This document shows, piece by piece, positions 12,359 through 27,982 of a stretch of 64,000 nucleotides of DNA. How positions within the stretch are numbered: position 1 is the first letter of the stretch; each line of letters begins with the position of its first letter. Source of the DNA: Escherichia coli (lineage in GTDB: Bacteria; Pseudomonadota; Gammaproteobacteria; Enterobacterales; Enterobacteriaceae); NCBI RefSeq assembly GCF_003334815.1, contig NZ_QOWO01000015.1, one strand, 5' to 3'. A program made the position numbers and the translations under genes. The notes below the pieces were generated by a model, which was not told the origin of the DNA, searched no databases, and saw only the letters and a program-made list of their open reading frames with translations.

Positions 12359-13516
12359 TTAACGGGCTGGTGCTTTATCGTTCTCACGCTTAACAACCGG
12401 TTTACCAGAGAACAAAAACTTCAGTAACGGGATGCGCAAATGAATTTCATACAGAATTATCGCAATCCCTACTACAAATATCAGGCCACAGAGAAAACCA
12501 AGCCAGTTGGAGGTGATGTGCGGTGTAATGTATGCGCCGAAAAACAGCGTTAACGGGTGGTGAACCAGATAGATAAACAGCGATGCGTTAACAAAATAAG
12601 TCACCCGCGCTGACTGGAAGTTAAGCAAACGGTGGCCAAAGGAGAAGACCACATTCACCATCCACAGACCGAGGACCATGGTGATCACCGACTCGGTTTC
12701 GTACATCCAGGCATCGCCACTGCCATAGCGCTGGTTGAGTAAATAAGCGACAAACGCCAATGCTGCTGCAAGGGTACAGCCACGAGACGGCGTGGTAAAC
12801 AAGGCTTTAAGATGAGGGAAAATGAAAGCCAGTGCGCCGAGGATAAAGAACGGCAAATAAAACAGCGTTTGCATGACAATAAAATTGAACATGCCATTAC
12901 TCAGAATGGGCGGATACACAATAAAAATCGTTCTTCTTATTACCGCATAACCGATGCCGAGGCATAAAAAAATCACCGATAGTTTTACCATCGAGAATTT
13001 TTTATTCGTTTTATCAGAATTTTCTAAATTATTTCTGATGCGCTTAAATATCCATACGCACAGCGTCGTCATGACCACTAACACCAGTAAAAACCACAGG
13101 TGTGATATTAATTCCCAGGCCAACGTATTATATTTGTCATACAATGACAGCCCAGGCCAACTTTCCGCTTTTCCTTTGACATATTGCAGCATAATAAATT
13201 GCGGTAATGTCAGTAGGGGGATGGCTGTTAACATCGGGATACCTACACGTTCGACACGTACTTTCCACCATTTTTTCAAGGGATAGCGTAAAAAAAGCAT
13301 GTAGGAAAAGTAGCCGGATATAACGAAAAATACCTGCATGCGGAACGAGTGGATGAAGTCATTAAAAAGGGTCAGCCACAATGATGATTCGGCGCTATTC
13401 ACATGCCATGTATGGCTCGAATAGATTAAAGAAATATGAAAAGGTATCCCTAACAACATCAGCCAGGCGCGGATGGAGTCGAGGAAATATTCACGTTGCG
13501 CGGGTACTGGGTTCAT
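12359..13516 (-). CDS. opgC: Osmoregulated periplasmic glucan succinyltransferase OpgC (membrane acyltransferase), 385 aa
   Basis: 385-aa polytopic membrane ORF, recognised translation [27 protein letters not shown]... Confidence 0.9.
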   Translation of the reverse strand: MNPVPAQREYFLDSIRAWLMLLGIPFHISLIYSSHTWHVNSAESSLWLTLFNDFIHSFRMQVFFVISGYFSYMLFLRYPLKKWWKVRVERVGIPMLTAIPLLTLPQFIMLQYVKGKAESWPGLSLYDKYNTLAWELISHLWFLLVLVVMTTLCVWIFKRIRNNLENSDKTNKKFSMVKLSVIFLCLGIGYAVIRRTIFIVYPPILSNGMFNFIVMQTLFYLPFFILGALAFIFPHLKALFTTPSRGCTLAAALAFVAYLLNQRYGSGDAWMYETESVITMVLGLWMVNVVFSFGHRLLNFQSARVTYFVNASLFIYLVHHPLTLFFGAYITPHITSNWLGFLCGLIFVVGIAIILYEIHLRIPLLKFLFSGKPVVKRENDKAPAR

Positions 13517-13798
13517 ATATGGTTAACTAATCTCGGATTTTTCGTCTTATCCCTGTCGGGTTATGCCTTTAGGCTTGTTGCCATAGTGACACCGACCTGA
13601 CCGCGCCAGGCGCAGGCTTCAAGGTTTTTATGCATAGCATCATCGCTACCACTAACCAGAATGGAAGCGTCTGTAAGACGGTTGATAAATAAATTTGCTG
13701 GCAAACCCTACACGAAGTCGATGCTTCTGTCTTTAGGAGAAGCACGGAAAGTGAAAACGGTTGCAATCAGGTGCTTAATCCATGAGCCAGCGTGCTGA

Positions 13799-17981
<4,183 letters not shown>

Positions 17982-17991
17982 AAACGTAGTT

Positions 17992-18090
17992 GCCTGATGC
18001 GCTACGCTTATCAGGCCTACATCGTTCCTGCAATTTATTGATTTTGCAAGACTTTGTGGGTCGGATAAGGCGTTCACGCCGCATCCGGCA
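17992..18090. repeat. BIME/RIP-type element: two REP palindromes flanking a central motif
   Basis: gcctgatgcgctacgcttatcaggcctac ... caatttattgattttgcaag ... ggtcggataaggcgttcacgccgcatccggca. Confidence 0.8.
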
Positions 18091-18106
18091 AAAACAACGA
18101 GCCAAT

Positions 18107-18137
18107 AAAAATACCGGCGTTATGCCGGTATTTTTTT
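18107..18137 (+). terminator. Rho-independent terminator after the opgGH operon
   Basis: Hairpin ataccggcgttatgccggta followed by ttttttt. Confidence 0.7.
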
Positions 18138-18153
18138 ACGAAAGAGGTATCAA

Positions 18154-18381
18154 ATGCGTTTAATTGTGGTGAGCATCATGGTGACCTTGCTGAGTGGCTG
18201 TGGCAGCATTATTAGTCGCACTATACCGGGGCAGGGGCATGGCAACCAATATTATCCCGGTGTGCAATGGGATGTGCGTGACTCCGCCTGGCGTTATGTC
18301 ACGATCCTTGATCTGCCATTCTCTCTGGTTTTTGATACTTTACTGCTGCCGATCGACATTCATCATGGCCCGTATGAGTGA
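18154..18381 (+). CDS. yceK: Small lipoprotein YceK, 75 aa
   Basis: 75-aa ORF with lipobox LLSGC. Confidence 0.85.
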   Translation: MRLIVVSIMVTLLSGCGSIISRTIPGQGHGNQYYPGVQWDVRDSAWRYVTILDLPFSLVFDTLLLPIDIHHGPYE

Positions 18382-18756
18382 TTAACGTTCATCCCACTCA
18401 TCAGCTGCTGCGCGTCCTTCCTCGGTATCCAGCGGTGGCTCAAGCTGAAATTCCCCCTCGTCCCATTCATGTAATGTATTCTCTTCCTGCCACTCCTGGC
18501 GTATCTCTATCTCATCATAGTCGCCATCAAAAACACTTTGCGCGGCTTCACCGCTAAGCATAGGTAAACATTCACCTTCTTCCCCTTCGTCGGCAAAAAA
18601 CTCAACTTGCCACATGATGTCGCCGTCCTGCAAAACGTATTTTTGGGCATTGAACTGTTGCACATTCGCATCTTCGGCGTCGATGCCGGGGTTGTCTGCA
18701 AGAAATTCTTCGCGTGCAGCGTCAATGGCTTCTTCAAGCGTTGCGTACATGGTCAT
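18382..18756 (-). CDS. msyB: Acidic protein MsyB, about 124 aa
   Basis: Highly acidic translation MTMYATLEEAIDAAREEFLADNPGIDAEDANVQQF...; the ORF offers an extra Met at 18759. Confidence 0.88.
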   Translation of the reverse strand: MTMYATLEEAIDAAREEFLADNPGIDAEDANVQQFNAQKYVLQDGDIMWQVEFFADEGEEGECLPMLSGEAAQSVFDGDYDEIEIRQEWQEENTLHEWDEGEFQLEPPLDTEEGRAAADEWDER

Positions 18757-18838
18757 CACGATTCTCCCTTTGAGTTGATGAGGTTTCAGGGAAAAGGATA
18801 GCTGATTCTCCGCTTTTGCAAGTATGAAAGGCGAAAAA

Positions 18839-20065
18839 TCAGTTCGATACCTGGGGTATTCGACGACAACGTAGACTGTTCCATGAATAGACTGCGTTGA
18901 ATAACACTACGCCAGCGGTGACGAGAAATACCGCTCTGAAACCGTAGTTCGCTGAAATCGCTGCTCCCATCAATGGTCCGGTAACGTTGCCAATATCACG
19001 AAACGATTGGTTATAGCTGAAGATACGCCCGGCGATCTGGTTGCTCGAGTTGTAAACCAACAGTGTCTGTACGGCGGGGAGTAGTGCACCATCGGCGGCA
19101 CCGAGCAAAAAACGTAAAATCCCAAGTTGCAATGGCGTCTGAACGTAAGACATTGGGATCAACAGCAGTACAGAAAAGATCAGCGCTGTAATCAGGATCT
19201 TTTCGGGTCCGATTCGATCGCCAAGTTTGCCGAGTCGTGGTGCACTTAGCAGAGCCGCCACGCCTGGCACCGAGGCGATCATGCCACTGATAAAGGCGAC
19301 GTTACTGACGTTACCCGCCAGTTCGCGGACATACAGCGTCAGAATGGGGGCAATTGAGCCCGTCGCCACCTGGATGATTAACGTAGTGACAAACAGGCTG
19401 AGTACCAGTTTCGGGTTTTTAAGTGATGTCACCACTTCCCGCATGTGCAGCATCTCTTTTTTGCTGACCGGCTGGAATTTTTCTCTGATGCAAAACAGGG
19501 TGACGAAAAAGCAGAGTATGAGCACACTGGCGGTAATAAAGAATACCGGACGTAAGCCGTAGCTATCGGCGAGCAGGCCGCCAGCCATTGGGCCGAGCAA
19601 CGCACCACTAACGCCGCCTGTGGAGAGCGTACCCAGCGCCCAGCCGCTTTTATTACGCGGTACTTGTGTGGCGATAAGAGCATTAGCGTTGGGGACAAAT
19701 CCGCCAAGTAACCCAAGAAGCGCCCGCAGGATCAAAAACTGCCAGATATTTTGTGCCAGCCCCATCAACACCATCACGATGCCCATGCCGAGGGCAGAGC
19801 GTAATAGCATGAGTTTTCGGCCTTTACGGTCGGCGAGTCCACCCCAAAACGGTGAGGCGATGGCCGAAAATAAAAATGTAATGCTGAAGACAATACCGGA
19901 CCACATATTCAGGGCGGAGTGACCGGTAACGCCAAGCTGCTCAACGTAGAGGGGTAAGAAGGGCATTACCAGACTGAAGGCGGCACCGGTAAGAAAACAG
20001 CCTAGCCAGGCGACGATCAGGTTTCGTTTCCAGTTTATAGGGGTGTCATTTTCACAGGGTGACAT
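18839..20065 (-). CDS. mdtG: MFS multidrug efflux transporter MdtG, 408 aa
   Basis: 408-aa 12-TM ORF, recognised translation. Confidence 0.92.
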   Translation of the reverse strand: MSPCENDTPINWKRNLIVAWLGCFLTGAAFSLVMPFLPLYVEQLGVTGHSALNMWSGIVFSITFLFSAIASPFWGGLADRKGRKLMLLRSALGMGIVMVLMGLAQNIWQFLILRALLGLLGGFVPNANALIATQVPRNKSGWALGTLSTGGVSGALLGPMAGGLLADSYGLRPVFFITASVLILCFFVTLFCIREKFQPVSKKEMLHMREVVTSLKNPKLVLSLFVTTLIIQVATGSIAPILTLYVRELAGNVSNVAFISGMIASVPGVAALLSAPRLGKLGDRIGPEKILITALIFSVLLLIPMSYVQTPLQLGILRFLLGAADGALLPAVQTLLVYNSSNQIAGRIFSYNQSFRDIGNVTGPLMGAAISANYGFRAVFLVTAGVVLFNAVYSWNSLRCRRIPQVSN

Positions 20066-20200
20066 AGCAATCCGCTGTTGGTGCGCCAGGCGCGGTGAAC
20101 ATAAGAAGAAAAGATAAGCACACTAATTATGCGCCCGACTTCCAGGGGGCGCAATCCAGAGAGCTTTTATCGCTAAATCAGGGGGATTTGCTGTGGTAAT

Positions 20201-20227
20201 GCCGGATGCCATTCTGAAGCATCCGGC
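20201..20227. repeat. REP-like palindrome in the lpxL-mdtG intergenic region
   Basis: gccggatgccattctgaagcatccggc, perfect 9-bp stems. Confidence 0.6.
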
Positions 20228-20236
20228 ATGGGAGAT

Positions 20237-21157
20237 TTAATAGCGTGAAGGAACGCCTTCCGGGCGTGTTTTAAAGCGACGGTGTAACCACATATACTGC
20301 TCTGGTGCCATCATGATGCATTTTTCGACCACTTTGTTCATCCACGCGGCGGTAGTTTCGGCATCATCCAGTGGCGGAGAACACTCTGGCGGCAGCATAA
20401 TCAATTGATACCCTTTGCCATCTGGCTTACGGCGTGGAACGAAGGGCACCAGACATGCGCCGGACATCCGTGCCAGCATCCAGGTTCCGGTCGTGGTCGC
20501 AGCCTGCTCAACGGCAAACAACGGGACGAAAACGCTTGAGCGCGGGCCGTAATCATGATCCGGTGCGTACCAGACCACTTCGCCTTTTTTCAGGGCTTTA
20601 ATCATGCCTTTTAAATCTTTGCGGTCGAGCATCGATTTATTTGAGCGCAAACGGCCCCAGGTTTGTAGCCAGTCAATCAGTGGATTATCGTTCGGGCGAT
20701 AAACGCCAATACCCGGTTCCTGCATACCAAACTGCCGCGCACCCAGCTCCAGTGTCAGAAAATGGATGCCAACTAACAGGATGCCGCGTTTTTGCGCCTG
20801 CACGTCACGAATGTGTTCCATGCCGATCACTTCCGTCCAGCGGGCGATTCGGCGGTCCGGCCAGAACCACGCCATGCCGGTTTCCATCAGGCCCATGCCA
20901 ACGGATTCGAAATTCTTCACCACCATTTTACGGCGTTCTTGTTCGCTCATTTCCGGGAAGCACAGTTCCAGGTTGCGATGCACAATTTTTGCGCGTCGTT
21001 TCATAAAACGTAACGCCAGTTTTCCTAATCCACAACCGAGGCGGTAGATAACCGGGTAGGGCAATTGCACGACTAACCAAAGTACGCCAATACCCAACCA
21101 GGTTAACCAATAACGCGGATGAAGCAGTGCGGTGGAGAACTTGGGTAGATTCGTCAT
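20237..21157 (-). CDS. lpxL: Lipid A biosynthesis lauroyltransferase LpxL (HtrB), 306 aa
   Basis: ORF 20237-21220; ATG at 21155-21157 gives [24 protein letters not shown]... Confidence 0.93.
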
Positions 21158-21381
21158 ATCAATCCTGTTTTTCAACCTATTCGGGCAATTGTATGTATTG
21201 TCGCATTTTTTCGCCCGCAACCAAAATTTGTGGCTGAAGACTGGGCGAAATTGCCGCGCTTGTAAATAACAAATAATTTTTAATGCGCAAATGTAGCGTA
21301 AAATGTGTGGATGTTAATTATCGATAATTGCTATATCATGCCGCGGATTTTTACTTTCCCATCTCGCAGGAACCGTACACC

Positions 21382-22434
21382 ATGCCAGTGTTACACAACC
21401 GCATTTCCAACGACGCGCTAAAAGCCAAAATGTTGGCTGAGAGCGAACCGCGAACCACCATTTCGTTTTACAAGTATTTCCACATCGCCGATCCTAAGGC
21501 GACCCGTGACGCTTTATATCAGCTGTTTACCGCGCTGAATGTTTTTGGGCGAGTGTATCTGGCGCATGAGGGCATTAACGCGCAAATCAGCGTACCTGCG
21601 AGCAATGTTGAAACATTTCGCGCGCAGCTCTATGCCTTCGACCCGGCTTTAGAGGGTTTACGCCTGAATATCGCGTTGGATGATGACGGGAAATCCTTCT
21701 GGGTACTGCGCATGAAGGTACGCGATCGCATTGTTGCCGACGGTATTGACGATCCTCACTTTGATGCCAGCAATGTTGGTGAGTATCTGCAAGCGGCGGA
21801 AGTGAACGCCATGCTTGACGATCCCGATGCACTATTTATCGACATGCGTAACCACTATGAGTATGAAGTGGGGCACTTTGAAAACGCGCTCGAAATTCCG
21901 GCAGATACCTTCCGTGAGCAGCTGCCAAAAGCAGTCGAGATGATGCAGGCACATAAAGATAAAAAAATCGTCATGTACTGCACCGGCGGCATTCGTTGTG
22001 AAAAGGCCAGTGCCTGGATGAAACATAACGGATTCAACAAAGTCTGGCATATCGAGGGCGGAATTATTGAATACGCCCGTAAGGCGCGCGAGCAGGGCTT
22101 GCCGGTGCGTTTTATTGGCAAAAATTTTGTTTTTGACGAGCGGATGGGCGAACGTATATCGGATGAGATTATCGCGCATTGCCACCAGTGCGGCGCGCCG
22201 TGCGACAGCCATACCAACTGTAAAAATGATGGCTGCCACCTGCTGTTTATTCAGTGTCCAGTATGCGCGGAAAAATACAAAGGTTGTTGTAGTGAGATTT
22301 GCTGCGAAGAAAGCGCGTTACCGCCAGAAGAACAGCGACGCCGTCGGGCAGGACGTGAAAATGGCAATAAGATCTTTAATAAGTCTCGTGGACGTCTGAA
22401 TACAACACTGTGCATTCCTGATCCAACAGAATAA
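21382..22434 (+). CDS. trhO: tRNA uridine(34) hydroxylase TrhO (YceA; rhodanese domain), 350 aa
   Basis: ORF 21328-22434; ATG at 21382 gives [16 protein letters not shown]...; rhodanese Cys motif. Confidence 0.9.
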
Positions 22435-22475
22435 ATATCATTGCCGGATGCGTGCCATCCGGCAACATTTCACGC

Positions 22476-23051
22476 TTACTTCTGCTGTACGCCTTCCACT
22501 GAAATAATCAGATCCACTTCCTGAGAAGCTGGACCTAAATCTGTCTTGATATTGAAGTCCTTGAGCTTAATTTTGCCTTCGGCCTCGAAGCCTGCACGTT
22601 TACCACCCCATGGGTCGTCGCCCTGACCAATTAATTTCGCTTCCAGCGTGACGGGTTTGGTTACGCCATTCAGCGTCAGATCGCCGGTAATATCCAGTTC
22701 GTCACCGTCTTTCTTCACGCTGGTGGAGGTGAATGTTGCCTGTGGATATTTTGCGGTATTGAGGAAATCTGCACTGCGAAGATGTTTATCGCGTTCGGCG
22801 TGATTAGTATCGACGCTGGTGGTGTTAATTGTCACATTCACTTTATCGGCAGCCGGATTTTTTTCGTCAAAGGTAAAAGTACCGTCGAAATCTTTAAAGG
22901 TGCCGTATAACCAGCTATAGCCAAGGTGCTGGATGCGGAAATTAACAAAGGCGTGCTGACCTTCTTTGTCAATTTTGTAATCGGCGGCAACCGCTGAACC
23001 GGCAGAGAACATCAGGGACGCGAAGGTTAAACCAAGCAGGCTTTTTTTCAT
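22476..23051 (-). CDS. yceI: Periplasmic polyisoprenoid-binding protein YceI, 191 aa
   Basis: 191-aa ORF with signal peptide, recognised translation. Confidence 0.92.
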
Positions 23052-23054
23052 TTT

Positions 23055-23621
23055 TTATACTCCATAGTCAGATGACGACTTTCCCAGCATGCGCTTCAGA
23101 GTGTCGTCTTTATCGATGAAATGATGCTTCAGGGCCATAAATCCGTGCATAACGGACAGTACTACGACGCTCCACGCGAGCCAAAAATGCAGGGCACCGG
23201 CAAAGTCTGCCTGTGCGCCAGCGTCGGCAAGGGTCGCGGGGACGTCAAACCAGCCAAAAACGCTGATCGGTTTACCATCGGCAGTTGAGATCAGATAGCC
23301 GCTGATGCCGATGGCGAAAAGCAATAGGTACAATGCGAGATGTCCAGCTCTTGCGGCAAGACGAGTCATGGGCGAATAACTCGGCAGCGGACCCGGCGGT
23401 GGAGATATGACACGCCACAGAACGCGAATAACCAGCCCCATCATTAACAAAATACCGATGCTTTTATGCAGTTCGGGTGCTTTGTGATACCAGCCATCGT
23501 AATAACTGAGCGTGACCATCCACAGACCTAAAGCAAACATGCCGTAGACAATAATTGCGCTTAGCCAATGGAAGGCCGCAGATATAACACCATAGCGTTC
23601 AGGGGTATTTGTGAATGACAT
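23055..23621 (-). CDS. yceJ: Cytochrome b561-family membrane protein YceJ, 188 aa
   Basis: ORF 23055-23696; ATG at 23619-23621 gives MSFTNTPERYGVISAAFHWLSA... Confidence 0.85.
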   Translation of the reverse strand: MSFTNTPERYGVISAAFHWLSAIIVYGMFALGLWMVTLSYYDGWYHKAPELHKSIGILLMMGLVIRVLWRVISPPPGPLPSYSPMTRLAARAGHLALYLLLFAIGISGYLISTADGKPISVFGWFDVPATLADAGAQADFAGALHFWLAWSVVVLSVMHGFMALKHHFIDKDDTLKRMLGKSSSDYGV

Positions 23622-23881
23622 AAGTGCATCCAAAACGAATTTGCGAGAGAAAGAAAATGGCGTGTCGGAGAATGAATTGCAACACAAAAATAACAAATTG
23701 AATGATATTTATTTTTATTTCAATAATTTTGAATTAATAATGAAAGAATCTTCATAAGTTTAGTGGGTTCAGCATCAGAGATGTCTGGTGAGTGCTGTAG
23801 AAGCAGGAATAATCTCATTCAATTTTTCACGCTAAATGAAAGGGAGATTAAATATTTGTCAGTTTATGTCAGTGCGGAAAA

Positions 23882-24022
23882 CTAAAAATAAAACACATAG
23901 ATCAGATCCATAATTGCCAACAATCCCCAGAGAAAAAGATAAAGCATCAGATGCTCGCGAATATTATTGATGAGATAGTGCAACAGCCGACGCATTAAAT
24001 ACTCCTGTAAAAACGGCCTCAT
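23882..24022 (-). CDS. yceO: Small hydrophobic protein YceO, 46 aa (below the ORF-track size cut-off)
   Basis: Manual translation of the minus strand: [46 protein letters not shown]. Confidence 0.7.
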
Positions 24023-24042
24023 TCTGGAGGCCGTAATGATGA

Positions 24043-25161
24043 TTATTGGAAGCGGGAAAGCCTGAATGGCGTCAAATCAAAATCGCTTTTTTTGTCTTGC
24101 GCAAAATCGGCAGCTATTTCCCCTAAAACTGACGCAAATTTAAAACCGTGCCCACTCAGGCCGGTAATGAGCAGTGTATTATCGTGGCCGGGTAGGGTAT
24201 CGATAATAAAATCTTCGTCAGGCGAATTATCATAGGTGCAGGCAGCGCCGTACAGGCAGCAACCGATACCCGGCAATACATTGCGCAAGAACGGGAAGGC
24301 TTCTGACCCATCACTGGCCACTTCCGCAAACGGAACACGTTCATCCGCTGAATGGATAACCTGGCCTCCGTTATGTTTGCCAATCTTCAACGCGTCGTTT
24401 TCTGCCGGAAAACCATAATATTGATCGCCATTGGGCAGTTCACCGGTAAACGCCGGGAATTTATTCTTCACGCTATAGCGGCCATCGGCCTGATACCAGG
24501 CAAATACTTTGCGTACGGGCTGGACAGGCAGCTCCGGGAGCAGGTCTTTTACCCATGTTCCCGCGCAGACAATCGCTTTTTTCGCCTGATGCTCACCGTC
24601 AGCCGTTTCAATAGTTACGCCATCATCGTCATGACGAATTGCGGTGACCGGGCAGTTGAACAGTTGCGCACAGCCCGCTTCCTTCGCCAGTTGGATCCAG
24701 GTTTTAATCGCCAGTTCGCTGCGCAAAAAACCGGAATCAGTTTCAAATAAGCCGATGTAGTTGTCCGGGACGCGTATTTCCGGCCAGCGGGCCATAATCC
24801 CTTGCGCATCGAGCTTTTCAACGTTGAGTTGCCATTGTTCGGCGCTGTGGGCGACGTTGGCGAGAAATGTGGAATCAGCCGGGCCAAGGTTAATGACGCC
24901 AGAGCGTACAAAAATGGGATCTTCTTCGTTGTGGCGGGAGAGTTCATCCCACAGCGTTTGCGCGCGGAGGACCAGCGGGACATACTTTTCGCCTTCACCA
25001 TAAGCATGGCGAATTAATCGCGTATCGCCGTGGTGGCTGCCGTGTTGATGCGGTGGCATATGGGCGTCGGTCATTAGCACGTTTAAACCGGCGCGGGTTG
25101 CATAATACCCGGCGGCAGCGCCTACGGAACCGCTGCCAATAATGATGAGATCGTATTTCAT
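24043..25161 (-). CDS. solA: N-methyl-L-tryptophan oxidase SolA (FAD-dependent), 372 aa
   Basis: Translation [25 protein letters not shown]... (FAD-binding GxGxxG). Confidence 0.95.
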
Positions 25162-25275
25162 TTTTTTCTCTCTGCTCTCATGGTTTAAGCAGAGTAATTA
25201 ACTGAATGCAGATATACAACCCAGAAATGGTAAAGGCACCGGTGAGGTGCCTTTTGGGTGGATGGTCATGTCATG

Positions 25276-25530
25276 TTAATGACGCCGATACTCGTTTACC
25301 TGGAAATCACCGGATTCAATTTTGGCGATTCCTGCTTCTAATATCGAAATAAATTGTCTGGCAACATCAGTGGTTAACCAGAGCGTCTGACCAACTTCAG
25401 TCCCTTCCTGCTCGGACTTATTTGGGGTCTGGTAGTGCAAACGCAACATCAGCGCATCATAGCTATCAACGGTGCTGATGTCCCACCCTACGAGCGGATG
25501 AGTCTGAATGACTTCATTATTTTTTTCCAT
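25276..25530 (-). CDS. bssS: Biofilm regulator BssS (YceP), 84 aa
   Basis: Translation MEKNNEVIQTHPLVGWDISTVDSYDALMLRLHYQTPNK... Confidence 0.9.
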   Translation of the reverse strand: MEKNNEVIQTHPLVGWDISTVDSYDALMLRLHYQTPNKSEQEGTEVGQTLWLTTDVARQFISILEAGIAKIESGDFQVNEYRRH

Positions 25531-25817
25531 CATGGCCCCCTAATTCGTGTTACTAGACAACGTTATTCGAGGTTCAATGCGTTTTTATCTGAAGCAACTT
25601 CAGTATACCAATAAGTAAGGGTATTCACCGAATTTTTAAAGGGGGAAACAGATAAATTTCTGCTTTTAAGATTTATATGAACAATAAAACAGCATGTCAT
25701 TCATATTTTTTTAGCATATTGTGCAATTATTTTGAGGAAGTGTAGAAATTTTGTACTCAAAATTCGTAAGTAAAATAAAAAAGCCGGGGCGACCCGGCAA
25801 AAAAAAATCACTGCATA

Positions 25818-26063
25818 TTATTCGCTGACAAACCAGTCATCGGCGCTTTCCCACGTTTCCTGGAGAATTTCACTAATGCGCTGTTTATCTTCTTTTGTCG
25901 CGCCAATAACCGATAAATTATTCGCTGCGGCATAACGTACCGATACGTGGCCTTCATTATCAGGAAACGCATACTGAATACGGCGGGAAAGTTCGCCAGC
26001 CAGGGCGTCAATAGCCCCAGCTGGCAATGGAGAAGTTTTCGCTATGGTGACTTCAATTCGCAT
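25818..26063 (-). CDS. dinI: DNA damage-inducible protein DinI, 81 aa
   Basis: ORF 25818-26195; ATG at 26061-26063 gives MRIEVTIAKTSPLPAGAIDALAGELSRRIQYAFP...; LexA box just upstream. Confidence 0.93.
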   Translation of the reverse strand: MRIEVTIAKTSPLPAGAIDALAGELSRRIQYAFPDNEGHVSVRYAAANNLSVIGATKEDKQRISEILQETWESADDWFVSE

Positions 26064-26082
26064 AATAGCCCCCTGTTGAATA

Positions 26083-26102
26083 TACTGGTTATTTATACAG
26101 GT
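26083..26102 (-). promoter_or_regulatory. LexA (SOS) box upstream of dinI
   Basis: Minus strand reads ACCTGTATAAATAACCAGTA (CTGT-N8-ACAG palindrome). Confidence 0.85.
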
Positions 26103-26136
26103 AAAATAACCTAATGACAACAGGAAGCTACGATTT

Positions 26137-27183
26137 TTATTGTTTAACGGACCAGCGTACCGTTTCCCCGGCGAGGAATGGCACCAGCGTGTCATCAGTC
26201 AGTGCGATGCTTTCAGCAACCTGTTGCTCTTCACGTACCAGTTCGATGAATGTGTCGTTGACCGGCAACCCATAGAACTGCGGGCCGTTTACAGAACAGA
26301 ATGCTTCAAAGTGCTGCAAAGCATTCATTTCTTCAAAGACGGTAGCGTAACTGCCCAGCGCGGTTGGGGCGTTGAAGCAGCCCGCGCAGCCGCAACTGCT
26401 CTCTTTGCGATGACGTGCATGTGGCGCAGAATCCGTACCGAGGAATACTCGATTAAAACCGCTGGCGACCAGTTCACGCAATGCCTGTTGGTGAATATTA
26501 CGTTTGAGGATGGGTAGACAATACAGGTGCGGACGCACGCCTCCAACCAGCATATGGTTGCGGTTAAACATCAGATGCTGCGGAGTGATGGTGGCAGCCA
26601 GCCGTTCATTTCCGTCACGGACATAGTCGGCAGCATCTTTGGTGGTGATGTGCTCAAAAACGACTTTCAGCGCAGTCAGGCGCTGGCGCAGAGGTTCCAT
26701 CACGCTTTCTATAAAGCGCGCTTCACGATCAAAAATGTCGATATCTGCATGTGTCACTTCACCATGCACCAGTAGCGGCATACCGATTTTTTCCATGCGC
26801 TCAAGTACCGGCATGATTGCGTCAATTGACGTCACGCCGTGGCTGGAGTTAGTGGTTGCGTTTGCCGGGTAAAGTTTTGCAGCGGTGAACACGCCTTCGT
26901 TAAATCCGCGCTCCAGCTCATTAGGATCCAGCGAATCTGTTAAATAACAGGTCATCAATGGGGTGAAATCGTGCCCGGCAGGTACGGCGTCAAGAATACG
27001 CTGGCGATACGCCACGGCAGCCTCAACGGTGGTCACGGGCGGAGCCAGATTGGGCATTACGATAGCCCGTCCATAAATTTCGCTGGTATATGGCACGACA
27101 GTTTTTAACATGTCGCCATCGCGGAGGTGAAGGTGCCAGTCGTCTGGGCGGCGGATCTTTAATACCTGGGATGGTGCAGTCAT
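26137..27183 (-). CDS. pyrC: Dihydroorotase PyrC, 348 aa
   Basis: Translation [27 protein letters not shown]... (metal-binding HxH). Confidence 0.97.
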
Positions 27184-27234
27184 TAATCTCTATGCTCCGG
27201 CTGAAGGGATGTTTTTGCCGGACACAAAGGATAA

Positions 27235-27250
27235 GCGGAAACGTTTTCCT
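27235..27250 (-). promoter_or_regulatory. PurR operator in the pyrC leader
   Basis: gcggaaacgttttcct, matching the PurR box palindrome (AAACGTTT core). Confidence 0.7.
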
Positions 27251-27288
27251 TTGCACGAAAAATAAAGGGCGCGAATGCGCCCTCGTGA

Positions 27289-27849
27289 TTAATCAGTAAA
27301 TGGAATGACAATTTCGCCTGGCTTCACTTCAATGCCTTTCGCCAGTTTTTTCGCCATTGCTTCGCCCTGGCTGCCATCTTCGCGCAGGACGTAAGCAGGT
27401 TGCTGGTTAAAGTAATTGCGTAATGCCTGGTTCAAATAGGGAAGCAACGTTTGCATCACCGTTTGCATTTTTTCCGGTTGTACCGTCGCATCGACCACTT
27501 CCATCTCTTTCAGGAAGATCGCACCTTTTTCTTTATCAAACACGGGCAGCGCTTTCAGCTTCAGTTTCATGGTCGCTTTCTGACTACCGAACAGGGAGTT
27601 CATGTCCAGATTGGCGTCTCCGGTTAGGGTAACCTTATTCGGCTCTTCGCGACCAATTTGGCTGGTCAGGTTTGTCAGAACAATATGGGCGTCAGCCACG
27701 CCGGGTAAACCGATATCTTTTGAGAAATTATTATGTTTCGCAAGCGACTGGTTAATTTCTTGTTCGGTGATGGTGTATTGGGTGAGTTGATTACAGCCAA
27801 CGAGCAGGCCACTGACGATCAATGCAGCGGCAAATAAAAACTTGTTCAT
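27289..27849 (-). CDS. yceB: Lipoprotein YceB (DUF1439), 186 aa
   Basis: ORF 27289-28050; ATG at 27847-27849 gives MNKFLFAAALIVSGLLVGC... lipobox. Confidence 0.85.
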   Translation of the reverse strand: MNKFLFAAALIVSGLLVGCNQLTQYTITEQEINQSLAKHNNFSKDIGLPGVADAHIVLTNLTSQIGREEPNKVTLTGDANLDMNSLFGSQKATMKLKLKALPVFDKEKGAIFLKEMEVVDATVQPEKMQTVMQTLLPYLNQALRNYFNQQPAYVLREDGSQGEAMAKKLAKGIEVKPGEIVIPFTD

Positions 27850-27982
27850 GGTAGTCCTCGACATGAAATCTGCGTCAATATCCTGACACAACGCAGCATG
27901 TGTCACCAGCGATAAACTCGCCAGCAGAAAAAACTGAAAACGGCGGCAACCCGCGAATACAGGCTGCCGCGGCGGGTCAGGA

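Noticed and set aside
20641-21047. Three 73-121 aa ORFs antisense within lpxL
   Set aside because: Fully contained in a well-supported gene on the opposite strand; no independent support
25531-25817. AT-rich 287-bp gap between bssS and dinI as a possible small-RNA or small-ORF locus
   Set aside because: Contains only a bidirectional terminator-like hairpin (gccggggcgacccggc, 25783-25798) and promoter-like AT-rich sequence; no conserved structure or ORF that I can support from sequence alone
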